From assembly GCF_009914755.1 (NCBI RefSeq), contig NC_060932.1: DNA of 64,000 bases, one strand, 5' to 3'. Positions 14,887 through 29,671 of the stretch are shown one piece after another (position 1 is the first letter of the stretch; each line of letters starts with the position of its first letter). The DNA is from the human T2T-CHM13v2.0 reference genome, Homo sapiens. The notes under the pieces were generated by a model, which saw only the letters and a list, made by a program, of their open reading frames with translations, was not told where the DNA came from and did not search any database. A program made the translations under genes and the position numbers.

Positions 14887-17185
14887 TAAGTCATGTATTT
14901 TTATTCTGTTTCTAGCCTATTGGTTCCAGATGGGGATCTTTGTGATAAGAACATGTAAGGAAAGGCAGAAAGAGGTAGAAAGCACCCATAGCCACACCTA
15001 TCTCTGTGACTTCTACCTACAAGGTGGCAAACTCATTTCACTGGCAGACTCCAAGCAGATCCAGCAAAAAAACAGAATGAATTTGTGTTTCCCCACTGAT
15101 CTATCATTCTCATGATAAAAAGATACACCAACCTTTTCTTACAGGGTCTAAATAAAAAGTCAAGAGTACAAGTCCTTGGAGAAAGTTTTGTAAGACCATC
15201 TGAGCCTTGACTATCAGCAGTTAAAACCCAAGCTATGTGCTCTTCCTTCATGAATGAGCAAAGGGGAGAAGGATGCCATATTTTTCAATGCACTGGCCCC
15301 CAAAATAGAACTTTTGGATCAGAAGTACGCAGGGCATCTCCTTCTACTCAAGTTCCCAAAAGAGAAGATGGGGGTTATTAGGAAAATGCTAAGAACTGAA
15401 AATTATTCCCTGGGAATTTATAACCATGGAAAACTCTGGAATCAAAGCCCTTCACACTGAGCCTCGCTCTCTCCCCCTCCCTTATCCCCATCTATCCCAT
15501 TAAAATCCCCATCCTCACTCTGCTAGTTCTTATTCTATTCCCAGATCTTTTGCTCATCTCACACTCTTTGAACAGCTATTTCAGACAAGGACATTCATTA
15601 ATGGTTTAGAACTGGAGGAACCCCTAACCCAGAGCTCAGAAATTGGCAAAGGGAGATGTCCAGGTCCCACCAAGACTGAATGGGGAGGAGAAGGAAGAAG
15701 AAAGATGTGTGGCTGGTAGCCAGGGCAGTGATGGGAATGGCACCTTCCAATGGCAGCACTGGTAGGCTGACAGTACTTTAGAACTGTGTGGACTGGAAAA
15801 TACATTTATACTTCAAATAACCATCTCACAAATAAATTTTGAGAACGTAAATCAAAGACTGCCTTGACTTCTATTATAGAATGGGAGCTGATCCTTTTTC
15901 TTCTTGTAGTCCAAGAATAGTTTGAAAGTAAATTCCAGCTAAATTTAATCCATAGCTAATATTATTATGAGAAACTGTGAATAAAAGTTATGGAAAAGAG
16001 AGATAGTTTTAAAAATTCCATTTTAGGGCTGTCTCTAAAGTCTACTTTAAAAATACCTATCTAGAAAACATTGGTTCTGATGGTTTTAAAATAAAACTAT
16101 AAATGCTGAAGTCGTACATAATTTAGATTATTTGTATATATTTTATAAGAAATTCATATACAGTTGATTTTGTTTGAGATAGAATTAAAAGGAATAAAGT
16201 AATTTACCTTCTAATTATTAATGAAATACTTAAAGAAGAGCATTAATTCTTTTTATATACCACAGAAAAGAATACTACAAAACAGTATCAAGCAGAAGCA
16301 CAATTAGAATACTGGTCACAAAAAATTCTGTACTTGTTGCACAGAATTACTTATTCTATCAATCCTTTCCTCCAAGTGTCCATGTACTATTCCTTGATCA
16401 CTAGTTTTTATTCTTTTCTTAATAAAATGCCAATAATTCAAGTGTTTCTATTCAGTTCAATCTACTTAGAATTGCAATGACAATTTAATGGAAGAAAAGG
16501 TATTTTGAAATTCTGAAATTTTTTTAATTAAGCTTTGGGATTTTGTTGGATTTATTTTTAATTTACAGGTATTGACCCATAAAAAGTGAGTTAAATTACA
16601 CCAAGATAAAGATAATCTCCAGGTGGGAAGGAACAAATGTCCATGTGAGCCTTAAATGTTTCCCGATTTGCCTCTTCAAAGTACACTCCAGGCAGTGATA
16701 TATAGATCACTTTTCCTAATGGTTGATAATGCTGAAATTTGAGACTATTACCACCCTCGAGTTTAAAGCAAGAGTTTGTTGAATTCTACTTGTACGTCCC
16801 TAATCACAGCTAGGCATCTGATAAATAGGAAATGAATCTGTACCCCAAAAGACTTCATTCACAGACGTTTTATCACAAATATGCACAAAAATATTTTGGA
16901 TTCCAGAGCCCAGTGCTCAAATGGCAAATTCAGGGTTGAGATGTAAATCGAGAAAAATGAGAGCAGGAAGGCATACGAACCACATAATCTTTTCGCTACC
17001 TCTGACCTCAAGATAAGGAGCTACCAGTTCTTATAATGCTCTTTAGAAACAATCATACTAAGAATTTAGACACAGAAGGTGACAACACGTTCTAAATTGG
17101 CCAAAGATTGGGTCTTTAAGTACCACTCAAACATGTTAATACACGCATGCCCATGCGATAACGCCACCACTACAGTTGCAGGTTA

Positions 17186-17398
<213 letters not shown>

Positions 17399-17654
17399 TT
17401 AACAACCACATCACAAATTCCAGCTAAATATTGTATCTTAAAGTAAAACTTTCACACAGAATTGACAAAGCACTGAAATACTTCAGTGTCTCCACTACAT
17501 GATGCTCAAAATAAATTTGTATCAATATGTTTACATCTCTATGAAATGCACTTTCATTTAAATTAAGATGGAACATGTGGGCACAGACATGACTTTAAAT
17601 AAATAAAAGTCTACTCAGAGAAGTTATTTATTGATTAAGAGAAAATACATCTTA

Positions 17655-17804
<150 letters not shown>

Positions 17805-19789
17805 TCAACTATAGGTTGGCCATATGAAATTTCAGATATTTGGTCTTTGTGACCTGCGGAGATGGAAATTTCATATGGTTCCACCTAACAGAAAGTTAAA
17901 CTATAAAGAGGAATGAATAGAAACTGATTAAGGGCTCTAGTTTTAAATGAACTCTTAGAAAACGTCATCACAATCTTCGCAAATACCTGCTGGCATGCTG
18001 TGAGTTTTTACAGTGGCAATACTTAAAGAGTACAAGGAGTCCTGGCTACTGTTTGGAAAGCTGTGCTGAAAGGGGAGGTATGAAGCTGAATTGCAGGATT
18101 GGGTGAGAATGTGAAAGGTCAGCTGGCCTATTGTTTGTGCTCAGCAAGAACACACAAACCTGAGGCTGTATTACCAAGAAACATGGTCTAATCTTCTCTC
18201 GGGTGAGAAGAAACAGGATAGATCCTCATTTGCCTGCATTGATTTAGCAATGGTTTTTAGTAAAAATGCGTTCCTATAACTATCTTAAATTTCTCAAGTT
18301 GCAAGCTAAGCCTGTTTTTTCCTGTGCTGATCTGGGTCTTCCTTTGCCTTTTAGTTATATGTGATCAACTTCAATGTTCAACTAAAAAAAGGTTTGCCTT
18401 TATTTTTTAAAGAGGTATTTAAGCATTCAAGCAGAACTTTACTTCTTAATCACGTTTACTTGATTAAATAATGCACTGAAGTCCAAGCAAATGTTCTTGT
18501 GCTCTAATTTTGAACTGAAGAAGCAAAAACCTATGTTAACAAAGTCCTGAAAATGGCAGTTTCAGCTTCTTTCATTGTATACACAGTGAATCTACATATA
18601 TATAAATCTACATATATGTGTGTATATATACATACATATATATCTACACATATTTACGTTTATGGGTATACATGTACATATTTTTTTCCTCCAATTCTCT
18701 AATCTCTATCGGGCTAAGATGCATATTCCTTGGGGGCAATTATTATAAGATGTAATGTTTATTTTATTCTTCTACCAATAATTACTATCTTCGGAGGCTC
18801 TATTATTTATTAATTCTATTCTACACTAAAATCCTTTTAGGAGGTTCCATGTACTCAAAGTTTCATATAGTTTTCCCATTGTCACACTGGTACATTAATG
18901 TTTCTCAAATTTAATTTTCTAGCTTGTGTTTGGGATGACAATGGTAGAATTGGACTAGAGTCTTCAAATCTATGAGTAATCTTTTCCTTGTAAAACAAAC
19001 AAGGCCTGTCCAGGAACAGTAGATCTAGATTAGTACCACTCTTGCAAGCTCCCAGACTTCAAACATCTGGCTGGCCGCTTGGCAGAGACAGCATCTGTAC
19101 TGAAGAGATGGCAAGCCGGCCCAGCTGGTATACCCCATCATCTGGCACATACTGAGCCACTACTCTGTTCCAGGTGCTGTGCTAGATGCTGCACGTGCGA
19201 AGGTGCAAAGACTAGATCTGTCTGATACACATGGGAAGGGTGACACATAAAGAACTGTGGGATGGTCAGTTAAAGACTGCAGTTTATAGAAGAGAGGGAT
19301 TAGTGAGAGAACACTTGGACTATGAGCACTACCACTTGCCCAGGTCATCTGCAACTAAAACCTCTTCTGCTCCTCTAAGACAGAAAACAGGCCAAGGGTA
19401 ACATGGACTTACCCAGCAGAATTATTGGAGAAGTAATCTCTTCCTGGGACAATTGGAGTTCAAAATAATTGGTTAAAAACCAAACAACAAAAAAATGCAA
19501 TGCTACTTGCTGACAGAAGCCACAGAAACCCCATTTATTCTTTCCTAGCTCTATGTCTATGTTTTTTGAATTGTGGGTCATGGCTCATGAAAAGTTCATA
19601 AACTCAATAGGTTGTACCCAACAATTTTTTTCTTTTTTCTTTCTTTTTAACAAACAACAGAATAAAAGATATCAGGGTTATGGGTTACTACACAGAGTAC
19701 AGGAAGTCCCATAAGGCTTTGATTTAGAGGATATGCACAGTATGTGTGTATATACATATGATGAAAGACTTAGGAGGCTGCAGAACGTG

Positions 19790-19962
19790 GGAATTAAGCC
19801 TAGGTTCTGGAATCAGAATTGAATTTCAGCTCAGATTCAAATCCCACTTCTTCTATGTGGGCTTAGTCAAGTTATTCCCTCTATGTCTCCATATGTTCTC
19901 CTATAAAATGATGGCAGTAATACTACCTACACCTCATAGGATTGTCATGAAGACTGAGATAA
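19790..19962 (+). mobile_element. MIR fragment
   Basis: GATTCAAATCCCA ... CCTATAAAATG ... TACTACCTACACCTCATAGGATTGT. Confidence 0.7.
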
Positions 19963-21719
19963 TTTTCCCAGATTCCCACTAACTTTTACCCCACACTTGT
20001 CTTTTCCTTCTGTGTTTTCAACTCTACTCAGTGGACTGCATCACCATCTGTCCCACAAAATACTTCAAGGTTGGATTTTCTGTTTCCATTTTACATATAA
20101 GGAACTAAGGGCTGATAGAAGTAAAGTAACGTATCTAAGCAAATTGAACCCAGGTCTGCCTAACTTTTCCCACCAAAGCATACTGTCTTCCGACCCCCTG
20201 CGTGGAAATTAGAACTTCACAGCCATCTTGTTTTCCCCTCTATTTCATGACTCAGGTGGCTCCCCGACCCCCAATCCAGAATTGCCTGTTGGTCTGTCCT
20301 GCATACTCCATCCATACTCTCAGGATCCCTGTCCTGGTTTAGGTCCCAATAATGATGTCTCACCTGGACTACTGCAACAGTTACAGAGCCACTGTCCCTT
20401 TGTCCCACTCAGAGATGGCCACCTGTGCCTTCTGACTCTCAATACTGTCAACACCATGTTCTTTCTTAAATGGAAACTTCTTCATATCCATTCTCTAGCT
20501 CACAATCATTCGACAGTGCACATTATCCCTAGGATAAATTCCAAATTCCTTGGCACAGAATACAAAGAGATTCAAGCTTCAACTCCCTCCTGGGTAGGTT
20601 ATCTAGGCTCCCAGACTTCAGAACTGCCCATCCATGGCATGTACTTTTATGTCTGATTTGGTTGTTGTTCACACTAGACTCATTTTCCTTGTAAAGCTCT
20701 TCTTTCCTCTGCCTGACAAACATTCCACCACAGAGACTAAGTCATCATTTTCCCTTTAGGATAACGTCTTCCTTCTCTGTACTTTCTTGGAACATTGCAA
20801 TCCTTGGCAATGTAGCACCCCCAACATTGCATTATAACTAGCGTATGTAGTGTATAGATGGTTACATTCCTCTGCTAACTATGGGCTTCTGGGGCCAGGG
20901 TCTTCTTATTATCCTATTTCCTCAGCACCTGACAGGGCCTGGTATGTGGTAGAGGGAATCAACACACACTATTTGTTTAAAAAGAATGTGAGAATTAGGT
21001 CATAAGCAAAGTAGATGTTTCAAACCACAATAACGTGAAGAATGGTTCAATTATTTTAAGTTTTTTTAATAAACATACATAATAAACCTAACTTAGTTCT
21101 TTGGCAATATAGATTGGAGTAAGTAGTATACCTTATGAAATAAATGTGAAGAACCCACAATGCTGTCTTATAACTACTCACCTAGTTAGGTGTGCTTAAA
21201 ATTACTGAATGTGTCAAAGGCCATATAAGAAGTCATATCTTTTGGGCTTTCTTTAAATCCAAACCTCTGTATGGCTCGCACAATCTCTGTGTGGCCTGTA
21301 GTCAAAAATCTACCATCTTATACCTGAAGTACCTTTTCTGTAATGGCATGAAACACTTTAAACTTTCTAAACAGTAACCCAGGAATTCAGATTAATTTTA
21401 ATTTCACAGGACCAAAATCATCTAAAACAAAGGGAATGACCCCAGATCATCTATCAAGGTAAATTAAATGGTCCTTTTACCCTTAGAACACTCCAAATTA
21501 CATATGCCACAGAGCCTTGGGAACATACGGACAACCAATATCTCTTCATCTGTTTCAATTATTCCATTCTCTGTCCAACATAGAAAGAATCTCCTCCAAT
21601 CTTTTTGTAGGAAGGGAGAGGAGAATCAAAAATGAATAATAATTACAATCTTGGGACCACTGGGAAGAGCAAAAGAACTCTCGAAATTGGCAGGTCCTCA
21701 GCTCATTCCTCCCCCAGGC

Positions 21720-22727
21720 TCCTTCATGTCAACACCATTCAGCCAATCAGGTCAAAAGCCTAGAAGTAAGTTTTGACTCTTCTCTTTCCCTCAAACCCCA
21801 CCTACCCTTTTATCATAAGTCCAGTCTGTTTTCCCAACAAAATATACCCCAAACCTCACAACTTCTCACTTCTCATTTATCACTCTGTTCCAGTCACCAA
21901 TGTTGTGGCAAACAGAAGAAGCACCTCCTGATTCTTCTGCTGCAGGGGATGAAGCTGAACAAGGGCCTAGCTGTTAAGCTCTGCAATCCATCCATGCCAT
22001 GCAGGGCGGGGGTGAGGGGACACTTTCAAAGGGCTTAACCCGACCAGTGACAATGCACCAGGGATACTAAGGCAGGCCTGTTCCTGGGAGAGCTGGGGCT
22101 CCTCTGATGGCCTTGCTGAAATGTCCTGAGACTGCACTCCCACCTAACTTAACCTCCCTTCCTTCCCTCTCTCCTTTCCCTTAACAAAATCCTGGCACAG
22201 TTAATCCTGCCTTGGTGGCTCTTCTAGGAAGATGTGAACTAACACAGTCATCTTTCTTCTGAGCCAGGAAAACGTTGGTCTCCCTGTTTCCATGTCACCA
22301 TTCACCCCATAAAGCACCTTCCATGCATCAAACAGTGACCTCTCAAAAACATAAATTAAGTCATGCCACAAACCCCCTGACCCTCAACCCCAAGCCCTCC
22401 ATTATCCTATCACATTTCATTGAACCCAAACTTATTGCTGCCCTTCACCAAGATCTCTGCTCAGATGCCCTGTCCTCTAAAAGAGACTCCCATTCATTCC
22501 TTTACTAAATTCTTTGATCAGCTTTTGTTTTCTTCTTAGCAGTTTTAGTTGTCTATTTACATACACCAGCACTTAACACTTACCCATGTATTATCCGTCT
22601 CTCCCAAAGAATGAAAGCTCCATGAGGGCAGAGACCCTGTCTACCACTTCACTGCTATATTCCCACTGCCTAGAACATTGCTTGGCATATAGCAGGTGCT
22701 CAATAAATAATTGTTGAATGAACGAAT
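21720..22727 (+). mobile_element. L2 fragment including its 3' end, interrupted by an LTR
   Basis: GAATGAAAGCTCCATGAGGGCAGAGAC ... GTGCTCAATAAATAATTGTTGAATGAACGAA is an L2 terminus. Confidence 0.75.
21904..22246 (+). mobile_element. LTR16-family (ERVL) solo LTR
   Basis: TG...CA ends (AACTAACACA); GGGATACTAAGGCAGGCCTGTTCCTGGGAGA is typical of LTR16 (recall). Confidence 0.65.
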
Positions 22728-23310
22728 CAGACCTAGAAGGGTATACCTTTTATGAACAATTAAAAAGAGAAACCATATTTGTTACACAATATTTTTTCTC
22801 CTCCAGAAGCATTCCTGCTTCTATTTTCAATTTTCAAATATCACCAGACATCAACTAGCAGTTTACTTAACAACTTAACAAATTTAGGCTTTGTAGAAAT
22901 GGCAGAGGCAGTAAAGATATTAAGAACACTTTGTTTGCAATCCCTCTTGTTCTTAAAATTTAAATCATTAAAGTATTGTTTTTCATTGATAAAGAGTAAA
23001 TGGGCCTCACTTTACGATATTTGGAAACCATGATAAACAATGCTGCAATTTTCAACTCAGCCACATGCCTTGGAAAACCAGCCTCCCCTTTCTTCCTTTC
23101 TTTCACTCTCCCCACGCCAAGATCCCTGAGGGCTTCCCTGGAAGAGTGAGAGTGAGTCACTATGTCCTCAAGGCTTGCAGGTGCTAGGGCTCCTTGAAAG
23201 ACAGGTGGAGATAGCAATCACCAACATCAGAGTGGCTCCATTTCTTCTTTATCCTCACTGTCTATTTTGTTAAGACACTAATAATAGTTAGGGCGGGAAT
23301 CTTTAAGTTC

Positions 23311-23612
23311 TTTTTTTTTTTTTTTTTTTTTTGAGACAGAGTCTCACCCTGTCGCCCTGGCTAGAGTGCAATGGTGCATCTCAGCTCACTGCAACCTCCG
23401 CCTCCTGGGTTCAAGCGATTCTCCTGCCTCAGCCTCCTGAATAGCTGGGATTACAGGTGCCCGCCACCATGCCCGGCTAATTTTTTGTATTTTTAGTAGA
23501 GACAGGGTTTCACCATGTTAGCCAGGATGGTCTTGACCTCCTGTCCTGGTGATCTCTCTACCTTGGCCTCCCAAAGTACTGGGATTACACGTGTGAGCCA
23601 CTGCACCCAGCC
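23311..23612 (-). mobile_element. Full-length AluS-like
   Basis: T22 tail, two arms, flanking AAGTTC duplication. Confidence 0.95.
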
Positions 23613-25096
23613 AAGTTCATGTGAATTTTTAAGCCATTGTGGAGAAGAAAGTAGGAGTGGTGGCCACAGAGCTAAAGGACAGCTTGGAGTTAAGGGCTTA
23701 GAAACTTCTTTCTTTTACAAACCGTAAGCCCTGTTCATAGCCATTCCAGTATGTTGATTTTTGTCTCTTTCATCACTTATAAAAGAGAGAGAAAAGAAAA
23801 TGTAAAACAAGAGAATACCGATTCCGGGGTGCTCTGTGCTTCCTATGCCTTCACCCAGCCCCCTCAGCTCTCCTGATTCTTTCCGCTGTATTCAACATGG
23901 AGAATCAAACTATGGAAAACAAGATCCTTTACAGCTTCAGCCTCTCCACCACCTACCCCTTCACCTTCAGCTAAGCCCTTCTCCAAGGCCCTCGCTTCTC
24001 CTGTGTATCTTTTTCAAGTTGAGGCTGCTTGCTCTTTCAGATTCCAGATGTCACAAAGACCTGAAAACATATTTTCATTGTTGCTTCTTCCAAACCATTG
24101 GTTTTCTACTCTCCCATAAAAATCTTTCTTTCTCTGGGGTTGATGACAGATCTTCAACACTTCCATGAATGACCCACATCCTGGACACTGCCTACATTTA
24201 TCAAAAACTTTAGGATTTGGTGATGTCTCCCCAACATCACCCTGGGTTATACATCCACTGCTTTTCTCAGTCTGTCTAGGCCTCAACCCTGGCCTTCCAC
24301 TTCAGTCATCAAGCTCAAGACCACATCCTGGCCCCTTTTCCCCACTCCATGGTCTCAAGCCACAATCACATTGATCAATTCATTAATTTCCTTAGCAAAC
24401 ATTTACTGAGCATCTCCTGTATGCTTGATGCCATGAAGACCATCAGGACTGCAACTGAATAATACAAACAGAATCTCTGTTCTCATAGGGCTACAGTTTA
24501 GCAGGAAGACAGAGACCGAGGATTAATCCCATAAGTAGTGATGAAGGGTGCGGAACTAACTACAGAGGCATGTGGTGAAGGCCTCACTGAGTTTAAGTAA
24601 GGAATATCATTTCTGTCTAGAATTTTCATTCCTTTGTTCTCATTTCATGTGTTCTCCAACCTCATCAAGAGATGAAGAACCCCTGACATCCCTATCTTTT
24701 CTCACGGTATTAGCCCCTACCTTCTTCTTTCTACCCGTCTTGAATACATGAAAAATTATTTTAAACCATTCCTTTACTGATACTCTCAATTTTCTTAATT
24801 TCATATTCTCTCATGCTCTATCTGGCAAACCCTTGACCCTGGATCAAGCCCAGCATCTTTTCACATGGTCTGCTAAGCCCTTGTAGAGAAAAATCACTCT
24901 ACCATACAGGCCCATCTTCATTAGCTCCAGCCTTGTTCAACCTTCAGCTCTACTGTCCATCCTATTCTCTGTTTCTAGGCAGCCTCAGACTTCCCCAGCA
25001 TCCACTACATCAATTTCAGTCTTCTCCAACTCTTCAAGCTCACATGCCTATCACTACTCTTATTTTGAGTCACTTCGGAGGAAAAAGTAGAAGCCA

Positions 25097-25680
25097 TCAT
25101 TCGTTCATTCATGTTTTCTTTAATTCAAATATGTGGCACATATTAGGCAAATATGTGAGTGCCTAATATGTGGCAGGTACTGTTTTAGGTGTCAGGGATA
25201 TAGAAGTGAACCAAACAAGACAGAATCCCTGCCAACACAAGCTTATGTTTTGGTGGGGTGAGAGTCCAAAACTAAACATAATACACAAGAAAATGACAGC
25301 ATTTGCAAAAGGCTCATAATTATTGGCAGGAAAGAGTGGGGAGTAACCTGATCCGGTAGAACAGAAGTAGAACAGGAGAGCTGCACCGAGTCAAGTGGTC
25401 AGGGTGGGCCTCGATGAGGTGAGATTTGAACACAGACGAAGTTAGGGAGAGTAAGGCAGGTGTACAGGGAAAGGACTGCCAGCAAAAAACACACTGTGTG
25501 GGGAGCATGTCTACCACATGGGAGGAAGAACAGTAAGCAAGGCGGGCAGGCAACAAGGTCAGACAGTCTCTGAGGCAGATGATGATAGGGCTTGTGGGCT
25601 TTTTAAGGATTTGGCTTTTACCCGTAGAGCCGAATGGGAGCCTTTGGAGGGTCTGAACTGAAGAATCGGATAGGAACTCC
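25097..25680 (-). mobile_element. L2 fragment
   Basis: CATTCGTTCATTCA start; GTGCCTAATATGTGGCAGGTACTGTTTTAGGTG; GATTTGGCTTTTACCCG. Confidence 0.7.
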
Positions 25681-26310
25681 CTCAACATACTGCCACCTCA
25701 TCCACTTCAAATTCATCTGCACCACTTCATATTGCATCTTCCCCAATGTTTCAGTGGAAAAGTTATTCCTTTTCTAGCCTGATCCGCTTCTGTTTTGGAT
25801 TTGTGCTATTGCTGTCCCATCAGGGGCTTTCCTCTATCAATTATCCCCCTACTTACCCATACCTCTAACCTCTGCCTCTGTTGAGTTTGTGTCAGCTGTA
25901 TGAAACCACCCTGACCTCCTAAATGCCATCCCTCTCTCTAACGAATTTCCTTTCCTTCCCTTCTTTTTAGCACTATGTACTTGAAAGACATTTTTCTTTT
26001 CCTCATCTTCACTCCCCCACATTATTCATGAATCATTCATTCATTCAATAAACTTTAGGAGCACATACTATCTGCTAAGAGCTATGCTGGAGACACAGAA
26101 GTTGGTCATGTGGTCCAGCAGGGACAAGGATAAAGTTCATCCATCTACTGAAACTGCCACAGGCTAATCCATTGATGCTTGTAATTTTTTAATTTTCAAT
26201 TTTGACATAATTTGAAACTTGCAGAAAAGTTGCAAGAACAGCACAAAAACTTCCCAGATATCCTTCATCCAAATTCTCCAACATGTTATTAGCTTTATCC
26301 TTGATTTCTT

Positions 26311-26334
26311 GTGTGTGTGTGTGTGTGTGTGTGT
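26311..26334. repeat. (GT)12 microsatellite
   Basis: Read directly. Confidence 0.95.
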
Positions 26335-26406
26335 ATGCATACGCATATATACCTCACATTCTGTTGGAGTTTTGTGTATGATGTCTTTTTACTTATAAAT
26401 ATTTCT

Positions 26407-26703
<297 letters not shown>

Positions 26704-26750
<47 letters not shown>

Positions 26751-26760
26751 CATATATATA
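26704..26760. repeat. Compound (AC)18(TA)n microsatellite
   Basis: Read directly; lies between the Alu tail and the 3' TSD. Confidence 0.95.
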
Positions 26761-27153
26761 TTTCTATGTGTATTTCTTAAAAACAAAGAATTCTTTTACC
26801 ACAGTACAGTTATCAAAATCAGGAAAAACAGTGATAGTGATGCAATACTATTTTCCACAGATATTTTCAAAAAGATTATCTCTTTGTAGCACATGATTTT
26901 TAACTTGGACTTTAAAAGTATTACTTTTTAAAAGTATAAATGTTTTATATATATATATATACACATATATATAATGTAAAAATTTTGAAAATAAGACAAA
27001 AGCAGAAGGAATAATATTCAAATTATATTCCACCATCTAGAGAGAATCACTGTTAATTTTTAGACCCATATACACAGGCCCATATATGTACATACAGATG
27101 CCTTTTTAAGAAAGCAAAACTGTGATTATACTGAAAATATGACTCTTTCATAA

Positions 27154-27610
<457 letters not shown>

Positions 27611-29545
27611 AAAACTTGCTTTATCCCGAATTACCTGTTTTCATTTGATCCTCTGCCCATGTCATATATATTAGCTTTCCGTGAGTTCTGTCTTCAACTT
27701 TGTTTACCCCACTAGCTTTAACTCCCTGTATACCTTCAAATTTCCCATGCCAAATCTCCTCTGAGCTCCAAACCCTAATATACTTGGCATCTGCAGGTAG
27801 ATGCTGCCTCACAGTCAACATGCCCAAAACTGAGGTTCCTGTCTTCCTTTGTCAACCGTGCTCCTCTTGCATTTCCTGGCTCTTAACTTCTTTCTCTGCC
27901 TCACTTACCCCTATACCCATTGGTCACTGCCCACTATAAATTCTACTTCGTAAATGAAATGCACCAAATCCATCACCTTCCCATACCCATTGCCAGCGCT
28001 TTATTTCAGGTCTTCAATATTTCTTGCTCAAATTAATACAAAAAAATCTCTCCCTGATTTCTCCACTTCAGCTCACCTGCCCCTAATTCATCCTGCCATG
28101 GTGGCCATAATTCTGTCCTATGAATATGACCATGCGACCCCTTTCCTTTGATGCCTCCCATTGCACACAGGAGAAAACACAAATTCCATGAAGCTCACAC
28201 AAGCCTCTTTAGACTCTGGCCCCTGCCTCCCTCTGCAACATGCCCTTGCTCTCATACTGTACACACACCAGGAACCCTGAACCATTAACAGTTCCCCAAA
28301 GATCCACGCTCTCTGTGCTGCTGTCTCCTTTCATGGAGTGTCCATTTGTCCAGCATCTCTCTCTCAGTGCTTCTTTCCTACTCATTTTTTAAGACTGAGC
28401 ATCCACTCCAAGACACCTTCCCTGATCACCCCACCCCAACCTGGTCTCCACTAGGTCCCTTCGTGGGTGTTCTTTGGGCTCTCTGGGCTTCCCTCTGCAT
28501 CATCAAACTGTACTGTGATGGTCTGTTCATTTGTTCATCCCACTAAGCCCTGGATCAGGACCATTTTCATACACCTATGAAGTCAGCATGGCACCAACCA
28601 CATTGCCAAGCAAAAGTCAAATTCTAATAAATGTTTTAGGAAAGAACAAATGGATATTACACCCTTTGTTAATTTTTATCGCTTTCACCTGGTATCATTA
28701 GTATCGAAGTTGTGTGTTTGCATTTCATTTTGTATTTATAATTTCTTTTTGTTGTGGTATGTATTAAATAAATGATCCAGAGAGCTTGAGTAAATCAATC
28801 ACAACTTTATGGAATTATAGCATTTCCAATAGAGAGGTGCTAAAATTATAGCAGGCAATATTAAAAAAAGTCAAAATTCTAAGAATTACCTCTGATATAA
28901 ATAATTTTTAAATGAAATATTCCAAACTGGGCTGGGTGACTTGGCAAACATATAATCACATTCTCACAACCACCTTATGATCACAGTCACTTTCTTGTCA
29001 GTAATTTCATTATGACACTTGTGAAACTTGGATATTCTGTTTATTGGAGGCAGGTTTTATTAATGTGAAGGAGATTAAAAACTAACTGAAGAACTTAATG
29101 CTGCTTTACAGAGTCTATTTAATTTAGATCTATAGTTGATATGACAGTTACTTAGCAAGATGACTTGGCGAGTCTGCTTAGAAGCGTAAAACACCAAATT
29201 TTGCCTAACCAAATTTGAAGACCTGGAAAAATAATACATCTAAGAGAGAACGGGGGAGGAGTCACCAGCACAGTAAATATAATTAGTAGAAGAAAGGAGA
29301 AGAACAACACCCTTTTTATACCCCATTTATTGGATAGCAACATTTCAGCAACCACTTCTTCACAATGAATAAAAACAGAATTGGTAATATGTGACTCTGA
29401 GCAAAGCTATTTTATATGTATATATACATAAGTACGTATATACCCACATATATACACATATACATGTATACATATACATACACAGGGACATTACATGAAT
29501 AAACTAGAAAAAATGCTTGGTGTTGATGTGAAAATCTAATATTTA

Positions 29546-29671
<126 letters not shown>

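Noticed and set aside
20228-20656. 142-aa plus-strand ORF
   Set aside because: TTG start within decayed L2-like sequence; no recognisable domain
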